From: Camelus ferus
Lineage: Eukaryota
DNA length: 64,000 nucleotides
Direction of reading: 5' to 3'
Assembly (NCBI RefSeq): GCF_009834535.1
Contig: NC_045697.1
Coordinates: 52,950,001 to 53,014,000, forward strand
In this document: positions 24,615-35,070 of the stretch, piece after piece
How positions within the stretch are numbered: the stretch's first letter is position 1
How the letters are laid out: each line of letters begins with the position of its first letter
Translations under genes and position numbers: made by a program
The notes under the pieces: model-generated
Told to the model about the DNA's origin: nothing
Seen by the model: only the letters and a program-made list of their open reading frames with translations
The model's database searches: none

Positions 24615-24890
24615 CTCAGGTGTCTGGGCTTCCTCTTGGGGCTGAGTTGGGGTGGGTGATGGCTGCTTTGAAGGCCATTTTGGTGGGAGCTTTTGAGGTT
24701 GAGGCTGGTCGGGTTGCTGGGTCTCTGGGGCTTGATCAGTGTTGCTCTGGTGATTGGGTGTTGAGGGAGATGAAGGTTTCTGTGGGTGATTCACCTTGGG
24801 TGGTGGCTGAGGCCACATGGGCATCTGATACTGTGGGAAGAGCTGAGGAATCTGCATACCATGGCCATACAAGGGGCCCAGGTGTGCCAT
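24615..24890 (-). CDS. ENAM: ENAM Pro/Gln-rich coding exon MAHLGPLYGHG...EEAQTPE (276 nt)
   Basis: ttgcag|ATG...GAG|gtgagg; within ORF 24597..24905. Confidence 0.96.
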
Positions 24891-26448
24891 CTGCAAGGGT
24901 AACAAATAACAGCAAAATCACATGACGGCCGAGATTCCAGCTGTCCCCTCTCTCTACTGTCAATCTCCAAAACTCAGCTAAGGATCTTAAAAAGCCTATG
25001 AAACTTAACAATGGAAGCTTCAAGATTTGTAGCTAGCATTTCTTTACATATTGTCTTATAGAAATGAATATGTCTTTCAGAAAACCAACCAACCAAACAA
25101 ACAAAGCAAAAGGCAGAATTAGGTGAGAAATTTCAGTTTAAGAATTTGACTTACGATTTTCCAACTCTGAAGCCCTAACTCTGGTAGGAAGTGTACAAGT
25201 CAGGTTACAGAGGAGTTGATGTCAAATTCAGAACTCCTGTGCCTTGTTACAGGCTGGACAAGGAGGAGAAAGAGGAAAAAGAAGACAAAGGAAGAGAGAG
25301 TGTCGAAACAAAAAGAGAAAGAGGGAAAGAATAAAAATTCCATGGTGCCTAGGCTTCTTGATTATGGGTGAATCCTCATCAGTTCTGTTTTCATTGTGAA
25401 AATCTTCCCCATTACAGGGTTGCAGGGAAGCAAAAGTAGTTATAATCTGAAAAAGCTAATGTATAAATTGACCTCTTTCAACAACAAGTCCCATTCAAAC
25501 ACCCTCCCTCTCTGATTTAACACCACTTTCTACCTCCATTCTTCATTAATCAGTCTCTCCCTGTTATGGATGATGTACAAGCAAACAATATACAAACAAT
25601 ACAATGACATACAAATAATGCAAGTGCCATGCAGATCAGTGGAAGGTGAAGTACCAAATCTTGCATTAAGATGTAGAATTTCATGACAATTAAGTTGGTG
25701 AAAATTTCAAACCATTGGCAAAATTACTAAAACTGAGAATGAGTGTTTGAAAGAGTTGGGCCAACCAGTAGCTGAAGAAGAGAAAATGGACAATGATGAT
25801 GATTTTAGGTGAGGGGCTTTAAAAGAGAATGACTTGAATGAAAAGGATTAAGAGAAAAATTGGTGAAGCCTTTGATTCCACCCCCGTCATTGGTTCTCAT
25901 TATCATGTCACAAAAGTCAAAGTAACATATAATATTATTGTCCTATCATATAATTTTTTTCAGAAAAGTTGTGCCAAAAGATTCAACTGATACTTGGTTC
26001 ATTTTTAATTAGCTCTAAGAATTAGCACATAGTAGGAAGTATAACCTAAATTTTAAAGGTTGCATGAAAACTTATTTCATAATTTTAGTGTTATCTTTCA
26101 AGATAATTCAAATAAAATTTACACCCCTCAGTATTTACTTATGCTATTTTTTTGTTCTCATTATTTGTAAATATATCTTATGTAATCTTTTTCCAGAACC
26201 AATTTCTTTCAGACATGAAGAAACCTTGTAATTAAGAAAAGTTTTTATCTACATGAAAGTACCATATTAATGAATAAGAAGATAGTTTGGTGTAAGAGGA
26301 CAGGTGAAATGATTTTTCTTCCTTGAAACTCTTATAATGATTAATTAAATCGTGGATATCTATTGATATCTTTATTAGCTAAGACAAACCTTATAATTAT
26401 CTATATATAAACAAGAAATCATTAGAAATAATATAAAGTGAAACTTAC

Positions 26449-26490
26449 ATGTGGGGAATTCATAAAGTTGAAGTGACCGTAGCGCATCAT
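26449..26490 (-). CDS. ENAM: ENAM coding exon MMRYGHFNFMNSPH (42 nt)
   Basis: tcacag|ATG...CAT|gtaagt. Confidence 0.96.
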
Positions 26491-27191
26491 CTGTGACCAA
26501 AGGAATGTATTAATGTGGCACAAAGTGAAAATTTTTTATTCAATGAAATCACAAGAAATAAGTAAACTTCTGGTTTTTAGGTACAACAGTCATAAAGTCT
26601 TTTACTAATTACGCATGAATTTAAAATAAGTATGCAATTAAAAAACTTCTATGGCATTTTATTTCTAAGTCAGAATTTTATTTTGAAAAGAATCAATATA
26701 GAGTAATAGAGAATAAAAATCTTGTCTACACTGAAGTTTTTGAATATTCTGCTCTACTTTTGGAGTTCAGAGTTTACGAATGTGATATTTCTATGAAAAG
26801 ATGATTCTCCTTTCTGTTGTGATTTGAGCTTGGCTAATGATCTTGGTTACAAGTCATGTAAAATATATTTATATACTTAAGTGTTTACCTTATAACAACC
26901 TTTGGTGGAATGGCTACCTTTGCCAGCTTGAAAACTTAGCAAAGAAGCTAACGTTAACTATACTTTAACGGAATTCATGTTTATCTTGAAAAGAAATATT
27001 GAAGCACATAGGTGGGATAATACTGGGGAAGTAACTACTTCGCCTTGATTTGAAAGCTTAAGAGGTATAGAGTCTCTCTACCTTGTTCATGAGAAATTTT
27101 ATGTCAGAAAGTTTTCCAATATTCTCCCTTTAAAATGAACTCTCAGGACAGGGCTCTGGAAAATGTCTCTCCTGAGACTGAACATACATAC

Positions 27192-27236
27192 CTCCTCACT
27201 TTTACTGCTAAATCCAGGTATTCGGGGCATTTGCAT
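27192..27236 (-). CDS. ENAM: ENAM coding exon MQMPRIPGFSSKSEE (45 nt)
   Basis: ttccag|ATG...GAG|gtatgt; SCPP-type S-x-E at exon end. Confidence 0.97.
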
Positions 27237-27356
27237 CTGGAAGGAGAGAATATTTGTGACAAATTCAGAACATCAGTTGAAATCAGCCCAATAACTGTCC
27301 CCAACCTATGCAACAATAAAACGTAAAGAAAAGACCTAAATTTTTTTAATACTCAC

Positions 27357-27425
27357 TGGCATGGCAGCAGAATAACCAAGCAGACCTAGAAAGACCAAGA
27401 GAATCTTCATTTTTCCACTTGGTGC
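27357..27425 (-). CDS. ENAM: ENAM signal-peptide exon APSGKMKILLVFLGLLGYSAAMP (69 nt)
   Basis: ttccag|GCA...CCA|gtgagt; contains a second in-frame ATG. Confidence 0.97.
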
Positions 27426-29243
27426 CTGGAATACAAAACTGGATTTTATTTTTGATCTGTGATATAATTATGCTGAGGTCACTTGGTGATTATCTAGGCA
27501 CTAGCCCATCTGCCTGTCAAGGAGAGTGCAGATATAAATAGTGATAGGGACCTCTGCTGCCATGTTTATTTTACATAATGAAACTATGAGATAGTTATTA
27601 CCTGGTGCTGTTATAAGCTGACTAAAGGGTCAGTTAAAAAGGAAAGAAAACAGTAAGAGAGGCAGAGAGAGAGAGAAAACATTGATGCTTGAGACGATGG
27701 CTCGTTGCACTGGAATGTGGGAATTAGAAATTAGGAATTTATCTAAAAAATATGAAGATTGGTGATTTTGAATTTCTAGTTGCTAGGCTAGTTTAAAAAG
27801 GCCTAGTAATGTCTGGCTATATTCACTGTTCAGAATAATCTCAGTTTCAGTGATGGCACAGTCCAAAATCAGTACTTTGAGCTACGTTCTAAGGTGCCGT
27901 AGACCACATTTCATTATATAGAGGCTAATTATATAAACTGGAATATTCTAGAATCCTATGCTTTCTTCTTTCGTCTATTGTTGTTTCTGTTATTATTATT
28001 GTTTTTATTTTATCTTTTTGCAAATCACTTCTGCTCAAGGGCTGGTAAGAGAAATAGGAAAAAATAGGCAAAACTGTAAATTTATCTCTTTGTTAGACAC
28101 TTGGATTAAACATAGAGCGGAAGGTTGAAATTATATACTTAAATATGAAATTTGGAGATTGTTTTCATGGATTTTACTTACCCCACTCTAGTTAATTATG
28201 TAAGCCTTGTATAATTAGGACTTGTATTTACACATTTGAGCAAGGTTTATCCTAAAGCATTTACTTGGGTAACTCCTTAAGAAAACTGTTCCATTTGCAT
28301 GTACAATAGACAAAAAATAAAGATTTTAATCAGAATTATATATTTTCATGGTATATCAGGTGTAACACAATTCCTAGCATGGTAGCCAGGATAGAGATAC
28401 CAGTGTTTTCTCATTCCTTTTGTTTCTTCTTCCTTTTTCTGGGCATGATACACATCTGGTATTGATTTGAGCCAATGCTCATCCTTCTGTTTGCATCCCG
28501 TATAAGCAATATCATTAAAGGATACTTCATCATTTTCCTAAACTGTAGGTGTAATCAATTACCTTTTATATATCAGAGAAACTGGAGAGTGTAATTAAAC
28601 AAAGGAAGCAGTAATATGTAAATGCTTCTCCTGCTAATTAAAGATTTTCAGAAACATAACATTGTAGAGAGTTAAAAATAACTGAAATTAGTGTGTTTAG
28701 CATAGGCCACAACAACACGAGGACGTTAATAAGGAGAATAGTGGTGAAAAATATTTAGATTTCCTAAATCTACTTTCTAAGATTATGGCCCAAGATTTTG
28801 GGGGAACTTTTGTATGCTTAATTTCTCTTGCATAATTTTCCATCTAATCTTTATAGTAGCTGTCACTGAAATTCTTGATAATGTTACACACTCATATGGG
28901 AAGATGTGGTCTTTTATTTTACAAATATAAAATGTCACTCATTTTCTCTTTTATAAAATTAGTATTATGTTGGATGACTATTAAGATTCCTTTCATCTCT
29001 TAAAGTTCATGATTGGATGAAAGGCTATGCTTAGCTATTTTTTTGAAAATTGAAAATACCACTTACAATGATTGCTATGGGATATAATGACTGTGTAACT
29101 TAGTTCTAACATCCCATCTGTGAACTAAGATGCTCTTTGCTTCTTCTGACATATTTAGTGTTTTATCCTCTCAAGTATACTTCTGACAATATTCAGTTTG
29201 ATGTGACCTGTTTGTATTAGGAAAAATAAATGAAAATACTCAC

Positions 29244-29297
29244 CCAGTTATCTAGCTTAGGAAAAGAGGCTCCATGCCTGCCCTGAAGCAGCAACAT
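29244..29297 (-). CDS. ENAM: ENAM first coding segment MLLLQGRHGASFPKLDNW (54 nt)
   Basis: aaaATG...TGG|gtgagt; the 3' splice site of this exon is uncertain (see findings). Confidence 0.85.
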
Positions 29298-29786
29298 TTT
29301 TTCACCAAAATTTTCATAAGCCTTTAAGAAAGGTATAGATTTAGCATGAGAAGAAACCCAGATAATTATGAAACAAATAAATGAGTAAACCAATAGCAAA
29401 GCTTCAGCTCTTCCTTTACTAGAGAATCTTCAAAATCAAGCTTAATCTTCTGTTGCTTTAAGAGTAGAATGAAGGCTAAATCAGAGAGAAATGACCCAGG
29501 CACTGTGTTTTGAGATACTTTTAGTGCAATGTTGATAAAATTTGACTGCTCATTGGGGATGTGTACAAAAGCACAGTGTTAAATGAGATCTAAGTAGGTT
29601 GGAAGAAAGCTTATAAGAAAAACAAATACACCAAGTAAGCCAAGAAGTTTAAAGTTTTATCAGAAGGTTAGTCTGCAAAAAATGATTATCAACCAACACC
29701 AGAGAATGCAATCAGGAAGTCAACCAACATCCATCTAAGTTCATTATTTGACACTATATTTTTTATGTTGATAATCTAATACTCAC

Positions 29787-29975
29787 CCAACGCCAGTTAG
29801 AAGCTCCAATATATTAAAAATAGCTTTTACTTGAAACTTGCTAGCCTGTCTTTGAAATATATTCTTAATGGTCTACAGTGGAAATGACTATGAGTTGCTG
29901 AAGCCAGGGATATCTCAAGGAGCAAGACACATTTATTTATTTCTTAATAATAAAACAAAAATTCTTCGTGAGGAT
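29787..29975 (-). other. ENAM: Probable ENAM non-coding exon 1 (5' boundary approximate)
   Basis: strong donor GTTGG|gtgagt at 29787/29786; AT-rich element near 30000 and CCAAT box (aaccaatcag 30065-30074) upstream. Confidence 0.6.
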
Positions 29976-31743
29976 GTCATATTCTGTGCCCAAAAGGCTT
30001 AAAATAAAGATTTCTCCTTGTCAGAGAGCTTGGGTCACATTTAAGCACTGGTGTAGACTTGTACAACCAATCAGCTTTGAGAAAAGTGGTTTTGCCATCA
30101 CAAGAGTTTAAGGTAAAATAGCACATCCAAAGTAAAATGTATAATGTGTTATTATAGGAGCTGTCAAATCAAGTCTCTTATTATGTATAATAACAGTCCA
30201 GGAAAATGAGCTTACAGCAGTAAGATTTAGAAGATGCTTTTCTTGATGAATTTGGAGTTTTTCAAGTATAGAAACTTTGTATATGAAGATATTTAGGGAA
30301 CAAAGGTGAATATTAACCATGTGCTATTGTCATAAATCATTGATCATCCTCAAAAGGCAGGCCAACATATGTATTTAGTTTAATATATTTAGTTAGTATG
30401 TATTTAATATATATTGAAAATTAATTGGAATGGTATGTCAACATTCAACTCAGTGATTTGATTTGATTCATATTATATAAGGTTACCAGAATATAGTGTT
30501 CTTTTTGAAGTCAAATATAGTTTAGTCCCTGTGGATGCAGTTATAGAAAAGAAAGGCAAAATGACAAATGAATTCTCAGCTATTCATGATAATATAATCT
30601 CGTGAAAATCTGAATTGAGAAATTCATTGAAGGAATTATGTTCAGATATCTTTAGAAATCTAACTTTCCAAAATAAAGATTTCACTTCTCAATAAATAAA
30701 TAGACAGTTTTACTTTTCATTGATAAGAGCAAGCTTTGCTATCTTTGCTGAAATTGGATTCTCCTGTTCTCTGTGGCTCTGTGTGTAGTGATGATGATTG
30801 CTTATTTTAATATTGGCATTTAAATATTAAGAATTTTTGAATTTGATGCCAAAAGCTGGTTCCTACTTGGTATGACTGTGTGCATAAATTCATCCAGTGG
30901 TTGCACAAGGTGCTGTTTTTTCAAGGCATGAGAGGTGCCATGTCCTTCCTCCTGGGCCAAATAACACTGCATTTTGTAGCCCTCCAATGCCCTGAATTTA
31001 GTTCCACAAATAATAAAATTGCACCATAATAGTTGACTTTAAATTAGTCTCTAAATATCTTTTAGGTCTGTATGTGTCCAAGGAGGTGTGTAAAGGTATA
31101 ACTGCTCCAAGTACCTGGCTGTCTTTGTTAGATTTTGTAGAAACTGAGTAGGAATTATGGTCCTGGGTGTACTGTGTGTATGCTGTGATGAGCTTGCAAG
31201 TGGTAGGGCACATAGTGGACAGTGTATTTATGAAGGTGAAGTGGGGATCGTGATGCTGGGTGACCCTAGTCTCTGCCTGTGCCCTTCGTGTTGAGGCTGG
31301 AGCTTTGATTTCAGCCTTAGCCATGTGGATTATTGGGAGTTGCCACTAAACCTCACTTGATTGTTTCTCTATTTACCCTTGTTCCCTCTACCATAAGGCT
31401 GGCTGGTGGTCATGAAATAATGCATGTTTTAAAAAGCCAGCTAAGCTATTGAATGGGTGAACTTTTAGTAGTGGTGGATCAGTCTGAGAAAACAACAAAG
31501 CCTCTTTAATCTTTAAAAACACTAAAGAAGTGCTTAACTCAAAAAAGTATTATGAAACCAGTCCTTTGTGCCTTTTCCTCTTTTACTCCAATTATCTCTA
31601 TTTATTTTATAACTTTTCTCCTCTGAACAATTACAATTGTTTGTAAATACGTTTTTGAGCTGGCTTTAAAATTTTTTTTAATTTAGCTCTTTTTCTTTTT
31701 TTTCTTCTCTGTTCCCCTTTTTGTTTTAAAAACAAGGCTTCTT

Positions 31744-33200
31744 TTAAAAAATTTTTTAAATATATTTTTATTGAAGTATAGTCGGTTTACAATGTTGTGT
31801 CAATTTCTGGTGTACAGCACAATACTTCAGTCATATAGGAACATACATATATTTGTTTTCATATTATTTTTTACCATAAATTACCACAAGATATTGAATA
31901 TAGTTCCTTGTGCTATACAGTAGAAACTTGTTGTTTATCTATTTTGTATATAGTAGTTAGTATCTGCAAATCTCAAAATCCCAATTTATTCCTTCCCATT
32001 CCCTTCCCCACCTGGTAACCATAAGTTTGTTTTCTATGTCTGTAAGTCTGTTTTGTAAATACATTTGTTTGTTTGTTTGTTTTTTAGATTCCACATATAA
32101 GTGATATCATATGGTATTTTTCTTTCTCTTTCTGGCTTACTTCACTTAGAATGGCGTTCTCCAGGTCCATCCATGTTGCTGCAAATGGCATTATTTTATT
32201 CCTTTTATGGCTGAGTAGGATTCCATTGTATAAATATACCACAGCTTCTTTATCCAGTCATCTGTTGATGGACATTTAGGTTGCTTCCACGTCTTGGCTA
32301 TTGTAAGTAATGCTGCTATGAAATTAAGGTTCCTTCTGGATATATGCCCAGGAATGGGATTGCTGGATCATATGGTAAGTCTGTTTTTAGTCTTTTGAGG
32401 AATATCCATACTGTTTTCCATAATGGCTGCACTTAACTACATTCCCACCAACTGTGTGGGAGGGTTCCCTTTTCTCCACAGCCTCTCCAGCATTTATGGT
32501 TTGCGGACTTTTGAATGATGGCCATTCTGACTGGTGTGAGGTGATACCTCATTGTAGTTTTGATTTGCATTTCTCTGACAATTAGCGATATTGAGCATTT
32601 TTTCATGTGCCTATTGGCAATTTGTATTTCTTCATTGGAGAATTGCTTGTTTAGGTCTTCTGCCCATATTTGAATTGGGTTGTTTGTTTTTTTCTTATTA
32701 AGTTACATGAGCTGTTTATATATTCTGGAAATTAAGCCCTTGTCAGTCTCATCTTTTGCAAATATTTTCTCCCATTTTGTACATTGTCTTTTTGTTTTGC
32801 TTATGGTTTCCTTTGCTGTGCAAAAGCTTGTAAGTTTAATTAAGTCCCATTTGTTTATTTTTGCTTTTATTTCAATTGCCTGGGTAGACTGCCTTAGGAG
32901 AACATTGCTGAGATGTATGTCAGATAATGTTTGCCTATGATTTCTTCTAATAGGTATATACTGTCTTGTCTTATGTTTAAGTCTTTAAGCCATTTTGAAT
33001 TTATTTTTGTGTATGGTATGAGGGAGTGTTCTAACTTCATTGATTTACGTGCTGCTGTCCAGTTTTCCCAACACCATTTGCTGAAGAGATAGTCTTTACT
33101 CTATTGTATGTTCTTGCCTCCTTTGTCAAAAATTAATTGACCAAAAGTTTGTGGATTTATTTCTGGGCTTTCTACTCTGTTCCATTGATCCATATATCTG
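31744..33200 (-). mobile_element. 5'-truncated LINE-1 (ORF2 3' part + 3' UTR) with perfect 16-bp target-site duplication
   Basis: AAAAACAAGGCTTCTT at 31728-31743 and 33201-33216; classic antisense L1 text (ccatgttgctgcaaatggc, cattcccaccaac, gtgaggtgatacctcattgtagttttgatttgcatttctctg). Confidence 0.95.
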
Positions 33201-34879
33201 AAAAACAAGGCTTCTTATCCAGAATTTGTAAACCCATGAAATTATATATAAGAATTTGTTTGTGTGTAGATGCACCTTCTTTCCCCTGAAGGAGAACCTA
33301 TATCCGTAAAGACTCTGTGACCTCCCTCTCTTCTCAGATCCTCTCATTGCTCTAGATTTTAAGACACTAAGAACAAAAAATTTGTTTCATTTCTTACTCT
33401 AGGTATGGTGGAAAGAGGCTGGGCTTTGGAGTTGCCAGACCTAAGTTTAAACCTTCCACAAATTATCTGTTTAACTTTCTGTTCAGTAAGATGGGGTAGT
33501 AAGTTTCTTCTAAGAAGTAATTTAAATAATGCATGTAAAGTGTCTGGCACCTACCAGGCACTGAGTGATGATCAGTGTCTGACTGATGAATATACGAAAG
33601 TACTTTTGTGGTTCCACGTTGTACTTCATAATTAAGGACCTAACAGTAATAAAGGCAGTCATAATTATCAGAGCAAGTAGATCTTCTGAACGTGGCAACC
33701 ATGCTGAAGTTATGTGGATTATAATTAGTAGAACTCTCCCACACTGCAGGATTACTGAACTTGGGACACTTGAGATAAAGTAGTGTGTTAGGAATCCACT
33801 ATTGATGGCCAAATAGTATCTAAGCATCCACAGTCTTGATTTCTCTCTGGAACTGTTCATATAGCAAATCCTCAGGCCCTAAAAATGAGAAACTTTCCTT
33901 CATAAGGGAAGAGGAGATATAGTTTAATCTCTCACAGATTAAATGGTTAATAATATTTTATTCTACAGACACTTCCAGAGCAGACTTTTCATGCACATCC
34001 CTAGCGGAGGTACCCACCTGTCCTGCATAAGCTGTTAGAGTAGGAAATTTTCTGAGTCAGAACTCGGTAGTGGGTTTCAATTGTGGTTTCTGTGACTTGT
34101 TTTAAAATCTTAGTCAAGTGACTTAAAATCTTTAAGCTTTTCAGTTCCTCATTTGTAAAGTAGGGGAAAATAATAGTATTTTTTTCATTAGTTTGTTGAG
34201 CATTTAATGAGATAATTCATTTAAAGTTTTTAGTACATAGCCTAAATAAATGTCATAAATATATAGATATATAAATGTTACCAATTATTATAATTAGAAC
34301 TTGCTCAATAGCTGCTTTGTTTCTGACCACTGACATTTCCTACAGATTTTTAAGGATGTTTCACCTCATTGTGCTTATTTATGAAAAAGAACAAAAAGAC
34401 AGAAAACAAAAACCTCCTAAGCAGAAACCAAACATCTACATAAATAGAATATAAAAAAAACTGGTTCATACAGTGTCTCAGATTTATACAGTTTAAGTCC
34501 AGCTTTTGGTCTACAAATACGAAAGTTACTCTGTGAAGCCAGTGAGTTACTGCTGGTGGGTGGTTATTTGTTTGGACCACCCTCAGAGGTAATGTTTATA
34601 TGTGCTGAAGAACAGCTTAAAAATGACTAGGAATCTGAGAAGATTATCTTGTTCTCCATCTTCTCTCTTCATTCTGAGAAGAAAATGTAATCCAATAGTT
34701 AAGAACACAGGCCTTGGGTTTCAAAATACTGAATAATGTGTACCCTGAGTTTAGAGCAGTACCTGATCATAGTAAGTGCTTCATAAGGGTTAGGCGTTTC
34801 TCTACTTCTTATACTTCATGGAAGCTGGTTGTGATGGAACCAGCTTATCATGGAAATAATATATTTCTTGACCATTTAT

Positions 34880-35070
34880 TATATTCATTGGTGATGCTTT
34901 AAGCACTTTTCATGGGCTAATTCTCACTTATTCCTCACAACAACCCTATGAGAAAGGTTCTATTATTATTCACATTTTACTGTAAAGAAACCAACATATA
35001 GAAAGGTTAAGCAGCTTATTCAGGGTTACATAGCCAGCAAGTGGCTAAAACCAGACAGTCTGACTCCAGC
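34880..35070 (-). mobile_element. MIR SINE (further MIR fragments near 6270, 10880, 19370, 33405, 34050, 37190, 60065, 62085, 63110)
   Basis: MIR core text (attcctcacaacaaccctatgag...attttactgtaaagaaacc...aggttaagcagctt). Confidence 0.7.

Larger units (their letters stand above)
15654..29297 (-). other. ENAM: ENAM gene, coding span (8 coding exons, 3441 nt CDS, 1146 aa enamelin)
   Basis: 54+69+45+42+276+63+51+2841 nt, all phase-0 GT-AG introns, no internal stop; SEE/SNEE/YSEE Fam20C-type motifs, 6 C-terminal-half Cys, ends DCLLLQA. Confidence 0.98.

Noticed and set aside
32680..32940. 86-aa plus-strand ORF (also 63445-63726)
   Set aside because: Antisense reading of L1 sequence, a common false gene call
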